Positions 9,259 to 18,329 of a DNA stretch of 64,000 nucleotides are shown one piece after another (position 1 is the stretch's first letter; every line of letters begins with the position of its first letter). Location of the stretch: the sequence record NC_042081.1. The stretch is one strand, 5' to 3'. The notes beneath the pieces are model-generated. The model was not told the origin of the DNA and searched no databases. It was given only the letters and a program-made list of their open reading frames with translations. A program made the translations under genes and the position numbers.

Positions 9259-9286
9259 TAAACCCTCCTCTTAGTAGGAGGGTTTA
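9259..9286 (-). terminator. Intrinsic terminator hairpin
   Basis: taaaccctcct-cttagt-aggagggttta. Confidence 0.8.
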
Positions 9287-9319
9287 TTTTGGCTATTATA
9301 ACTAATTCATTTGAGAAAA

Positions 9320-9973
9320 TTAATTATTATATTCATCCATCAATTCAGGTAGACGGCTATCTCTAGGATCTAAGATTTCAGACCAATCAATTGGCATATA
9401 TGGCTCATCAGATTCATTTTTATTTAACCATTCTTCTAGTCTCTTTACATCATCGGACCAGTATAGGTTATACATAGTTGGCACATTTGCATCTAATGCC
9501 AACTGCCACGCTGTATTAGTACCACCACTAATTACAGAGGTTGGTGTCTTTTGTTCACCGTATGCAATAATAGTTGAAACAGGTTCACGTAAAGTATGGC
9601 CATGAATTTGAAATACATTACGAGTATGTAGTTCAATACCTGTTCTACCTAAACCATTGAAACTTCCCCGAGCTGCACAGGCCATTGCCATAGCTGTGGG
9701 AATGGTATCAGTATATACGGAGGCATCATGAAACCACGCTAGATTCTCAATTCGTCTTCCAAGAAATCCATTTCGAATAATGTAAATACGACTTTCTACT
9801 GTATCCCATTTATCAGACTGAATTGCACCATACCAACCAGCTCTATCTGATCCATATGCATCGCCTGATGAAATACCTATACCTAGATCAACAAATGTTC
9901 TTCCTGCGCGTATCATCAATTCTAGGGCCCATGTAGGGGCATAGCGACTACCGACAATAGCTGTCATTGCCAT
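9320..9973 (-). CDS. DprA/Smf-like SLOG-fold protein
   Basis: AIVGSR, SSGDAYGSD, LHTRNVFQ and SGGTNTAWQLA motifs typical of phage DprA-like SLOG proteins. Confidence 0.8.
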   Translation of the reverse strand: MAMTAIVGSRYAPTWALELMIRAGRTFVDLGIGISSGDAYGSDRAGWYGAIQSDKWDTVESRIYIIRNGFLGRRIENLAWFHDASVYTDTIPTAMAMACAARGSFNGLGRTGIELHTRNVFQIHGHTLREPVSTIIAYGEQKTPTSVISGGTNTAWQLALDANVPTMYNLYWSDDVKRLEEWLNKNESDEPYMPIDWSEILDPRDSRLPELMDEYNN

Positions 9974-10683
9974 TATCTAACCCTCATTAGAAGACGGATA
10001 TCACCGTACTTAAGAACGGCATTTCGGACTTGATAAATAAAAGGTTTAAATTCTTTTCGCTGTTGATCAGCCGTGAGTGTATAAGTTACTTTGATAGGTT
10101 CATTAGGAACATTGCAGAAAGATAGATAACGCGATACTCGACGTAGATTACGTAGGTGATTCTTACCACATTTAGGCCCGACTCGTTGTAACCGACCGTC
10201 GATAACCTTCCAATCATAATTAGCTTTACGGTTTAGAGAATAAAAACTTTCAGTTAAATTCTTATAATACTGTAATTGTTTTTGAGAGATTTTATTAATT
10301 TTTGGTTCATCTGTTACAAGACGTGGGCTATACCGTGAATAGCAATCTGGTTCTGACATACGATCCCAGGACATATAAGTATATAGACTCATATATACTA
10401 TTTTAGTAACTGGTTTAAGCTCACTCATGCCTTTTAGAATAGCTTCACCACTAATCCATGCATCACAGCGTGGATCATCATCATAACTACTCCACCATTC
10501 TGGTTTCTTTTTCAGATCATCAGGAACACCATTATGGTAAGCAAATGGTTTTACATCCCAATAATTGCGAATATCAAGTAGATATGCATAAAGATCATAA
10601 TTCTGTGTTAGTTCAATATCTTCGATACCAATCCATTCATTATTTACTTTAGCTTGAGTTTCTAAATATACATAATCACCCAT
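9973..10683 (-). CDS. Conserved phage hypothetical protein (236 aa)
   Basis: QNYDLYAYLLDIRN...GVPDD motif of a widespread phage family; 1-nt overlap with the SLOG gene. Confidence 0.85.
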   Translation of the reverse strand: MGDYVYLETQAKVNNEWIGIEDIELTQNYDLYAYLLDIRNYWDVKPFAYHNGVPDDLKKKPEWWSSYDDDPRCDAWISGEAILKGMSELKPVTKIVYMSLYTYMSWDRMSEPDCYSRYSPRLVTDEPKINKISQKQLQYYKNLTESFYSLNRKANYDWKVIDGRLQRVGPKCGKNHLRNLRRVSRYLSFCNVPNEPIKVTYTLTADQQRKEFKPFIYQVRNAVLKYGDIRLLMRVR

Positions 10684-10887
10684 TTTCTTTATTTCCTGTA
10701 TTAGATTAATATAAATGTTTTATAACAACTATTTCAATATTGAATAACGTATTATTGGTTGTTTTAATTTACTACTCAACCTGATAATGTGTAATACGTC
10801 TATCTATATATCTCTTTTCTCTGGTGAAGAGCATTAGCATTATTCCAAGGTAGAGTCCTTATTCTATTAAACATATAAGTAAATAAT

Positions 10888-10909
10888 CCCTCCCCAATAA
10901 AGGGGAGGG
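10888..10909 (-). terminator. Intrinsic terminator hairpin
   Basis: ccctcccc-aataaa-ggggaggg. Confidence 0.8.
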
Positions 10910-10925
10910 TATATGTTATCTTAAT

Positions 10926-11327
10926 TCATGCTTTTGAAAGATCATATTTAATAGCTTCATCTTTCATAGGAGTTAATACAATAGTCACTTTTTCAAAACC
11001 ATGTATATCCCTACCATTATAAGAAATATCAATACTCTCCCAATCCTGGTTAACTACTTCAGCATGAAGAATATTTTTAATATTGATAGCATCTGTTTTA
11101 TCAAACCATTTAAAAACCTTTGGGTTAAATACAAGTTCGAAAGTAGTTTGATATGGATAGCTTTTCTGTTTAACAAGCCTACTAGATGCTAGTGATGTAT
11201 TCTCAATGTTTCGAATAACATCAATCATTGCTTTACGGATAGTAAGTAATTTACTTTTCAGAACCAAATCAATAAATGCTGGATCAGTTGTCATTACTTC
11301 TTTTACAGATGGAAATGTGATTTCCAT
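10926..11327 (-). CDS. Hypothetical early protein (133 aa)
   Basis: ORF track; GAGG RBS. Confidence 0.8.
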   Translation of the reverse strand: MEITFPSVKEVMTTDPAFIDLVLKSKLLTIRKAMIDVIRNIENTSLASSRLVKQKSYPYQTTFELVFNPKVFKWFDKTDAINIKNILHAEVVNQDWESIDISYNGRDIHGFEKVTIVLTPMKDEAIKYDLSKA

Positions 11328-11343
11328 AGCATCCTCTTATAGG

Positions 11344-11520
11344 TTAATTATTAAAAGATAAATCATAATCACTTTGTCTGCGATTCGGATTAACAGGATC
11401 AGGATATTTTCCAGTTTTGATAACTTCTTTTATAGCTCTAAAATCACGTTCTAGAAAATCTAGTTTTTTAACTAACTCTTTTTCTAATTCTTTATTGAGT
11501 AGTCTTCTTAATTTGCTCAT
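11344..11520 (-). CDS. Small ORF below the track cutoff (58 aa, MSKLRRLLNKELEKELVKK...)
   Basis: Manual translation; fills the gap between two genes; AAGAG RBS; helical heptads. Confidence 0.6.
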   Translation of the reverse strand: MSKLRRLLNKELEKELVKKLDFLERDFRAIKEVIKTGKYPDPVNPNRRQSDYDLSFNN

Positions 11521-11887
11521 CTACGTATACTCTTACAATGAACCAATTGATTAGGCCAAAACCTTTTGGTGTGATGGTAATGTCATCTTTATATCCATTT
11601 TTAGTGATTACATTACGTAATACTTTAATTGCTTCAGGTGGAATAAGATTAGCATTACCGGTAACACTATACTCGAAATAATAACCTACACCTGGTAAAT
11701 AACCTGATGCAATCTGGTTAGTACCTGTGATATTACTAACGTGTTGGAAGTCACTAAAAGCATTCTTGTAGAATAACAAAATATTAGGAATTACTTCATC
11801 CCTAATAGTAGAACTAGTAATGGCATCCGCCGATGGAAAATAAGGTACTAATTCATCTGTTACATTGGTGCTATTAATATCGGACAT
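11492..11887 (-). CDS. Hypothetical early protein (131 aa)
   Basis: GAGG RBS; early promoter upstream. Confidence 0.8.
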   Translation of the reverse strand: MSDINSTNVTDELVPYFPSADAITSSTIRDEVIPNILLFYKNAFSDFQHVSNITGTNQIASGYLPGVGYYFEYSVTGNANLIPPEAIKVLRNVITKNGYKDDITITPKGFGLINWFIVRVYVDEQIKKTTQ

Positions 11888-11933
11888 AATCTTTTCCTCA
11901 TTATAAAAGGATAAATATCTTTATGGTAATCCT

Positions 11934-11950
11934 GTAATATAGATTTAAAT
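11934..11950 (-). promoter_or_regulatory. Early (virion RNAP) promoter
   Basis: ATTTAAATCTATATTAC; contains the phiKZ early consensus TATATTAC. Confidence 0.75.
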
Positions 11951-11966
11951 TAATTTATAATGAATG

Positions 11967-12000
11967 ACATAAAGGAGCCCCTGGTGGGCTCCTTTAATGT
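11967..12000. terminator. Bidirectional terminator-like hairpin
   Basis: acat-aaaggagccc-ctggt-gggctccttt-a-atgt. Confidence 0.75.
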
Positions 12001-12007
12001 AATAGGT

Positions 12008-12150
12008 CCGACCCCTATCTAGAGGTCGGTAAGTAGCAAGGCACCGTAGTTGGGGCTCGTGTCGTTCCTGACGATACTTTAGTACCCCGGTTGATTTACG
12101 ACTGGATCACCCCCTTAAAGTGCAGTGCGTTTTACGCAAACTGCCTTGCT
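12008..12150 (-). ncRNA. Putative structured non-coding RNA (multi-branch; strand tentative)
   Basis: GC-rich non-coding stretch; 9-bp closing helix AGCAAGGCA/TGCCTTGCT, nested stems, an extra hairpin and an adjacent terminator. Confidence 0.55.
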
Positions 12151-12234
12151 CTATATCATTGCACTGTGCGTATTTTTATTCATTAGCTAATCTTATGACT
12201 TAAAGTTATCCACTATCCCTTAAGGAAAGATGCA

Positions 12235-15168
12235 ATGATAGATTCATTTAGGAGATTAATGGGCACGTTATCAATTACTGAGACTGATCAAGAAATTATT
12301 ATCAGTGGTTTTGATGGTGCGGCCTTTATTAGAGATATTAATAAGTATTGGAGGACTACTAAATTATCTACACAGTTATTCAATACAGTTAGTCGAAGTA
12401 GCGTTTCATTTTATAAATTCTTTGCTCCTGAAGTCTATTACATGCTAGAGGCGGTAAAGAATTATAGAAGTAGATATATCTCTATTAAAACAGTTAATGC
12501 TATTCGTGAAGCAATGCTTCAATATACCTGGCTAAAAAATACACGCCCAGTAGACCCTAATTCTGTTCCAGGTAGATTGAATTTCAAAATGTTAGATAAG
12601 TTGACATTCATACCTGACTATGAACAGAAAGCATATTTTGAAAACTATAACTACCGTATTGACCAATATGGTTTACGTGGTGATATCGTTGCTGGTCAAC
12701 CCGGTACTGGTAAAGCACAGCCATTAGATAGTCTTATAAAGATTCCTGGTGGCTGGAAAAAAATGGGTGATATAAAAGTTGGTGATCTAGTAACAAGTTC
12801 AACAGGGGAACCAACTGAAGTTATTGGTGTATATCCACAAGGTAAGAAACGTACCTATACATTTGAATTTAGTGATGGACGTAAAACTAAAGCATGTGGT
12901 GAACACCTATGGCGAGTATATTGTGAAGATTGGGTATTAGACAGTGATGGCTGGAAGATTATTTCTACAGATGAACTTAAAGATGCATTAAGTACAAATG
13001 TTACATCAAAGTACTATGTTCAACTTTGTAAATCAGAAACTAATCCAAATATTGATCTTCCAATCGATCCATACACTGTTGGTAAGACATTAGGTGAAAA
13101 TAAAATTAGATCAGAACAAACTGTATTTATTTCTAATGAATATCTACATGGATCAGATAGTCAAAGATTATCTTTATTGCAAGGTCTAATGGACACCTGT
13201 GGTGAAGTTGATAGTTCTGGTAAAATTAGTTTTACTAGTAATAGTTATACCTTAGTTGAACAAGTTCAATATCTAGTGCGATCATTAGGTGGTATTGCAA
13301 AAATCATCGATACAAAAGAGCATGATTATAAAGTAGATATTACTATTTCTACTCCATCGATATTGTTCCATTTACATGACGAAGCTAAGTATAATAAAGA
13401 ACTTTATCAGCATTTAGATGAGCTTAAGTTACAGATAACCAGTATAGTTGAATCTGATGAAGTAGAATGCCAATGTATTGCCGTGTCTGCACCTGATCAT
13501 CTTTATATCACTGATGACTTCATTGTCACTCATAATACTTTCATGACTATGGCTATTGCAGAAATGGTTGAGTCAGAGATAATTATAGTTGTATGTGAAA
13601 AGAAGTCTATTGAACTTGTATGGAAACCATCCATTATAGAGATGTATAAAGATAAACAAACAGTGTGGACAACTGCTGATGATAGACCTTATAATGGTCA
13701 AAGGATTCTTATATCTCATTATCAGGCACAAGATAAGATTATCGATATACTACGTAGTGGCATTCTTAAGAATAAGAAAATCACTGTCATTCTTGATGAA
13801 TCACACAACATGAATGATCCAAATTCTGCACAGTCTTTAAAATTCCAACAGATCTGTTTCATGACAGATTCAGACAATAGGCTATTAGCCTCTGGAACAC
13901 CTGTTAAAGCACTTGGATCAGAACTGGTGAGTGCCCTACGTGTTCTAGACGATCTATTCACTAAAGAAGTGGAAGAACGCTTTAAGAAGGCTTTTGGCAG
14001 GGATACTCAGAAAGGTCTAGATATTATCCAGCATCGTTTTGGTTTAATAGCTTACGTTATTGAGAAAAAAGATACTGATGTATTACCACCTAAAATTAAA
14101 TCATATCGTATCAAGATACCTAATGGATCACAATATACTCTTAATGCTATAAAACGTGACTGTGAAGCATTTATTAGAGAGCGCGTGAAGTTTTATGCTG
14201 CACGCAGGCCAGAGGATGAAAAGTATTGGGCTAAGTTGATGACAATACATGAGAATTCTCTGAAAACACCTGCACAAAGAGAAGGATTTGCACGTTATAA
14301 AAATCTGATTAAAATAATCCAGAAGAATCCTGATCCACGGTATATCGGTGAAGAGATTAAAGAATCTAACCTATATGAGAAAATGTTCATTGAACCAACA
14401 TTACCGCGTAATGAAATAGCTAATTTTAGAGATATCAAATCAGTTATAAAATACGTAATGTTAAAAATACAAGGTGAATGTTTAGGTAGAGTTCTAGGTG
14501 CTAAACGTATTCAGTGTCATGTTGATATGGTCCCATATATCGACTGGGTTGGTATTACCGAATCAACCATGAAGAAAACCATTACATTTACATCATTCGT
14601 TGAAGTTGTAGATGCAGTTGATAAATATACAAATAAACTAGGTATGAAATCAGCTGTTGTATATGGTAAAACTAATGATAATCTACCTCAGATAGTTTAT
14701 AAATTTGAGAAAGACCCTAAATTAAATCCATTGGTAGCTACATATGCTTCCCTTTCAACAGCGGTCCGTATGACGATGGCTGATACTATGGTGACAATTA
14801 ATTCACCGTTTAGGCATTACATTCTAGAACAAGCTATTGCTCGAATTTACCGTAAAGGTCAGGATTCACAAACAGTCGTATATCAATGTACTCTCGATAC
14901 AGAAGATGAACCGAATATCTCAACAAGGTCAGATGACATTCTAAAATGGAGTCAGGCAATGGTTGAAGCTATTATGGGTATTAAATCTCCATTTGAGATC
15001 ACAGAGTCATTAGAAAGTTATGTTGATAAAAATAATAATTTTGATGAAAATAAAATCATTTATCAGATGCTAAAAGAATCATTTGAGAAGTATGATATCG
15101 CAATTGATTTTAATGACTTTGATACACGTATGTATAAACCATATCAGCCCGCATATATGCGGTTTTAA
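12235..15168 (+). CDS. SF2 (SNF2/DExH-like) helicase, phiKZ gp203-like, intein-containing precursor (703 aa after splicing)
   Basis: Split Walker A GQPGTGK|T, motif II ILDESHN, motif III ASGTP, motif VI QAIARIYRKGQ. Confidence 0.92.
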   Translation: MIDSFRRLMGTLSITETDQEIIISGFDGAAFIRDINKYWRTTKLSTQLFNTVSRSSVSFYKFFAPEVYYMLEAVKNYRSRYISIKTVNAIREAMLQYTWLKNTRPVDPNSVPGRLNFKMLDKLTFIPDYEQKAYFENYNYRIDQYGLRGDIVAGQPGTGKAQPLDSLIKIPGGWKKMGDIKVGDLVTSSTGEPTEVIGVYPQGKKRTYTFEFSDGRKTKACGEHLWRVYCEDWVLDSDGWKIISTDELKDALSTNVTSKYYVQLCKSETNPNIDLPIDPYTVGKTLGENKIRSEQTVFISNEYLHGSDSQRLSLLQGLMDTCGEVDSSGKISFTSNSYTLVEQVQYLVRSLGGIAKIIDTKEHDYKVDITISTPSILFHLHDEAKYNKELYQHLDELKLQITSIVESDEVECQCIAVSAPDHLYITDDFIVTHNTFMTMAIAEMVESEIIIVVCEKKSIELVWKPSIIEMYKDKQTVWTTADDRPYNGQRILISHYQAQDKIIDILRSGILKNKKITVILDESHNMNDPNSAQSLKFQQICFMTDSDNRLLASGTPVKALGSELVSALRVLDDLFTKEVEERFKKAFGRDTQKGLDIIQHRFGLIAYVIEKKDTDVLPPKIKSYRIKIPNGSQYTLNAIKRDCEAFIRERVKFYAARRPEDEKYWAKLMTIHENSLKTPAQREGFARYKNLIKIIQKNPDPRYIGEEIKESNLYEKMFIEPTLPRNEIANFRDIKSVIKYVMLKIQGECLGRVLGAKRIQCHVDMVPYIDWVGITESTMKKTITFTSFVEVVDAVDKYTNKLGMKSAVVYGKTNDNLPQIVYKFEKDPKLNPLVATYASLSTAVRMTMADTMVTINSPFRHYILEQAIARIYRKGQDSQTVVYQCTLDTEDEPNISTRSDDILKWSQAMVEAIMGIKSPFEITESLESYVDKNNNFDENKIIYQMLKESFEKYDIAIDFNDFDTRMYKPYQPAYMRF
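12715..13536 (+). mobile_element. Class 3 intein (274 aa) with degenerate LAGLIDADG endonuclease
   Basis: Starts AQPLDS; block B CGEHLW; block F CQCIAV; ends IVTHN followed by +1 Thr; WCT triplet present. Confidence 0.92.
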
Positions 15169-15179
15169 AGGAGACAGAA

Positions 15180-15650
15180 ATGTCTGATCCACATTCATCT
15201 AATACTGGTGAAGATCTTATTCTTGGGCCTGAAGCCACCAGTGAAGAAATGTATAATGCGATTTTAAGGTGGGTTGACAAAGTAACAACCATCCTAGAAT
15301 CTGGTGGTGGCCCTGGTCCAGGTCCTAGTACTGGTTTAAAACCAATTCTATTTCAAACTGGTACATTAAACCCAGGAGATGTAGTTACTTATGATCTTTC
15401 CAAAGTTATTACTTCTATGGGTGATTATACTCTGGCTACAGCCATCGTTGATCTCAAGATTATCGACCCTGAAACTACTAGTCCTACTAGTGGTAAGCTT
15501 ATTAGCGCTTCTGCTAGTATTGGTTGGGATCTCGATTCATCTACAGGGATTTTAAATATCCGTGGGTATAGCCTGTCTGTACCAATCACTTATTATATTC
15601 GAGTTGACTCACCTATTAAGACGGCTGATATTCCCGTGTATACCCCGTAA
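15180..15650 (+). CDS. Putative virion structural protein (156 aa, gp202-like)
   Basis: GGAG RBS; Gly-Pro linker then a beta-sandwich-like domain; co-oriented with the helicase. Confidence 0.75.
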   Translation: MSDPHSSNTGEDLILGPEATSEEMYNAILRWVDKVTTILESGGGPGPGPSTGLKPILFQTGTLNPGDVVTYDLSKVITSMGDYTLATAIVDLKIIDPETTSPTSGKLISASASIGWDLDSSTGILNIRGYSLSVPITYYIRVDSPIKTADIPVYTP

Positions 15651-15660
15651 GGAGTGAGAA

Positions 15661-17610
15661 ATGCCTTCTATTGTCCCGTCGCAAGTGCCGGGTCCTGTGG
15701 CACTAAACTCTAAAGTTAAATTTAACTTTAGTTCAGATATTCAGAAGGTGTATTATACAGTGAGCCCGGAGTTACCTCCGGTGCTCTCTGAATACATTGC
15801 TTATGATGGTGACCCTGCAACAGGTGGTAGTCCATTTATTGCTGTTGTGCAAGATGGCACTGGTAATGTTCTTTATGATTGTAGTTTTCCAAAATTCTAT
15901 AATTTAAACTATGATACTTACCAAATTCCGGCTAATACAACAAACCCTCAAGATCTATGGGGATGGGTAAGATATTTTTATAATGCTATTGGGTTTATTA
16001 GGAATGGTAGTAAGTACGAATCAACTGGAAAGAAATTCTTAGTAATCACAGATAGTAATCCTAGTGAACCTTATTCAGTCCTCAATACGTCAGGTAATGG
16101 TTTTAAAAAGATACTAGATACGGCTGCTCGTGTACAAGATTCTACCTATGATGTTTATTACCCAGAAATGATGGGTGGCACAGTAGACCTTACTTTAACA
16201 GATCTTAATAAGTATTATGCATGTATTCTATTTTCTACTAAAGATCATAATACTGGCGCATTAACTCCTGAAAGAGTGAGTCAGGCGACTATCGATAATC
16301 TAGCTACTTGGCGTAAATCGGGTAATGGTATCTTTGTTATAACTGATTCTGCTTCAAGAGATTACACTAATATTGAAGATGCTAAAGAAAATAATGGTAG
16401 TTTTGCATTTACCGCTAATAGACTAGCCTTTAATTTTGGTTCTTATTTCTCTGGTGTTGTTGATAGGTCAGATGTTCAATATACTGTAAATCAGATGCTA
16501 AGCTGGTCACCAAAAGCTGCATCATCTGGTTTGTTTACAGGTATGAATAAATCTATTGGTAATGGTCAAGTAACTGACTTTGTTATCAAAGGTGATTCAA
16601 GTGAAAGTGAGATTAAGCTTGTTACTTTCCCAGCGTATAACAAAGAAGATATTCCTGAATTTACCTTCGATCATACTGGCGAGTACATTTACAATTTTCT
16701 TTGTACGACATCTGAAAATCCTAATAAACCGTATGCTATTTCATTTAGATTCCAAGTTGGTGTAGATGATGGTATCTTTGTTGCACGTGATAATGGCCAA
16801 GCTATTGATACTACTCAGATACTAACAGCTAAGCGTTATTTTGATCTTAATCTAGGCTACTCAAATGGTACTGACCATCAGGATTATCTAGGCGATATTC
16901 AAATAAATGGCTATTTAGTTGGATCATTCTTATTTAGTCAGGGCATTACTCAGTGGGATCTGATAACTCATGGATCAACTCTTTTAATCCATGATAATGA
17001 TCAGATACGTATTAACGTACGTGTACCTTATACTTACACAATGCAGCATCAAGTGGTACTTAGTTCAAAACCTGCTTCTCTTTATAATGAAGCATCCCTT
17101 ATAGGTACAATGGCATGGGATGATTATAAAGGGATAAGTAAAGCTAAAATTTATGAATATATTAATCTTAGCATGACCAAGTATATGTATCGTGTAGCGA
17201 ATGCATATAAGAATAACATTAATATAAAACCAATAGTATTGACTGCATTACGCCGTACATTCCTTGGTGAGACATTAAATACAGCTAATGTATATGTTTA
17301 TGATAATAACTCCACATGGGGTAAACTATCACAACGTGTCCAGAACGGACGACATGGTGATATTGTTATCTTTGCAGATACTTCTAAAGTTGTCCAGTAT
17401 GATGAACTGGCTTCAACACCTGGCTGGTATGTAATGAAAGATCCAGGATTAGCTGATGTAACAGTAGCTAAACTAGTTCCATTCTTTGGAAATAACCGAG
17501 CTATTAAAAATAGGTTAAAGACTGGTGACATTCTTGATGAGACCACTGGTCAACCAATTTCTTTCCATGCTAATTGGAAAATAGAAAATGATAAACTTGT
17601 AAAAGTTTAA
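15661..17610 (+). CDS. Putative virion structural protein (649 aa, gp201-like)
   Basis: AGGAG RBS; YDCSFPKFYN motif recalled from jumbo-phage virion proteins. Confidence 0.75.
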   Translation: MPSIVPSQVPGPVALNSKVKFNFSSDIQKVYYTVSPELPPVLSEYIAYDGDPATGGSPFIAVVQDGTGNVLYDCSFPKFYNLNYDTYQIPANTTNPQDLWGWVRYFYNAIGFIRNGSKYESTGKKFLVITDSNPSEPYSVLNTSGNGFKKILDTAARVQDSTYDVYYPEMMGGTVDLTLTDLNKYYACILFSTKDHNTGALTPERVSQATIDNLATWRKSGNGIFVITDSASRDYTNIEDAKENNGSFAFTANRLAFNFGSYFSGVVDRSDVQYTVNQMLSWSPKAASSGLFTGMNKSIGNGQVTDFVIKGDSSESEIKLVTFPAYNKEDIPEFTFDHTGEYIYNFLCTTSENPNKPYAISFRFQVGVDDGIFVARDNGQAIDTTQILTAKRYFDLNLGYSNGTDHQDYLGDIQINGYLVGSFLFSQGITQWDLITHGSTLLIHDNDQIRINVRVPYTYTMQHQVVLSSKPASLYNEASLIGTMAWDDYKGISKAKIYEYINLSMTKYMYRVANAYKNNINIKPIVLTALRRTFLGETLNTANVYVYDNNSTWGKLSQRVQNGRHGDIVIFADTSKVVQYDELASTPGWYVMKDPGLADVTVAKLVPFFGNNRAIKNRLKTGDILDETTGQPISFHANWKIENDKLVKV

Positions 17611-17613
17611 CGG

Positions 17614-17645
17614 CATAAGCCCTCCCGCAATGGGAGGGCATTATG
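17614..17645. repeat. Conserved palindrome / bidirectional terminator, copy 1
   Basis: cataa-GCCCTCCC-gcaat-GGGAGGGC-attatg at a convergent junction. Confidence 0.85.
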
Positions 17646-17650
17646 TTGTT

Positions 17651-18310
17651 TTAACCACGCGTTATATTAAATAACCGTCTTTTCTGATCAAGTAATAAAA
17701 TAGCGCTTGTGGTAATTTTAATGTTAAACCTACGTTTAGCTAAACTCTGAGCTACTAGTTCAATAGCATCAACTAGATCGATTGATTCTATATCACCTGT
17801 ATTTTTAGATTTACTAATTGGTTTACTAAGAATTTTCCATCCCTTAGTAAAATTACTAGCTGATGGCTTTTGACCTATCTTGCTACGAAAAAATAGTCCA
17901 ACTAATTTACTAGCCAGTTCACGTGGATCATTAAAATCTGCTTCTGGTGAATGTAAGGTAATATTACTGTTTGCCAGGAATTCATGGTTCTCCGCACGAT
18001 CCTCGATAGTTTTAGCACGTGGATCAAAATCCCAACAATTAACAGTTATATTTACGTCATTACCATTACGACGTAGATCAATACATCTAACGAAATCAGT
18101 CATGTCAAACTTACGTTCAACATCACGCATGTCATTAGCAATCTTCTCTAATTCATCGTTATCAGTAATACCAACTTGCTTAGTAATATCAAAAGTCAAA
18201 TCGGCTAAAACGGATTGAGGAAAACTGGTTGCGATCAGCAAACGCAGTACGATTTCTGGACGACTTTTTCTATATTTGTCGCCTGACATCTTCTCAAAGG
18301 TGTTAGTCAT
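17651..18310 (-). CDS. Hypothetical protein (219 aa, gp200-like)
   Basis: ORF track; GGGA RBS. Confidence 0.85.
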   Translation of the reverse strand: MTNTFEKMSGDKYRKSRPEIVLRLLIATSFPQSVLADLTFDITKQVGITDNDELEKIANDMRDVERKFDMTDFVRCIDLRRNGNDVNITVNCWDFDPRAKTIEDRAENHEFLANSNITLHSPEADFNDPRELASKLVGLFFRSKIGQKPSASNFTKGWKILSKPISKSKNTGDIESIDLVDAIELVAQSLAKRRFNIKITTSAILLLDQKRRLFNITRG

Positions 18311-18329
18311 GATGGCTATCCCAAAAAGG

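Noticed and set aside
12068-12090. CTGACGA resembling a hammerhead ribozyme core
   Set aside because: It is not followed by stem II and GAAA; the sequence after the short stem is CCCC
12035-12150. Terminal inverted repeats resembling retron a1/a2 arms
   Set aside because: No reverse transcriptase in the window and no long msd hairpin
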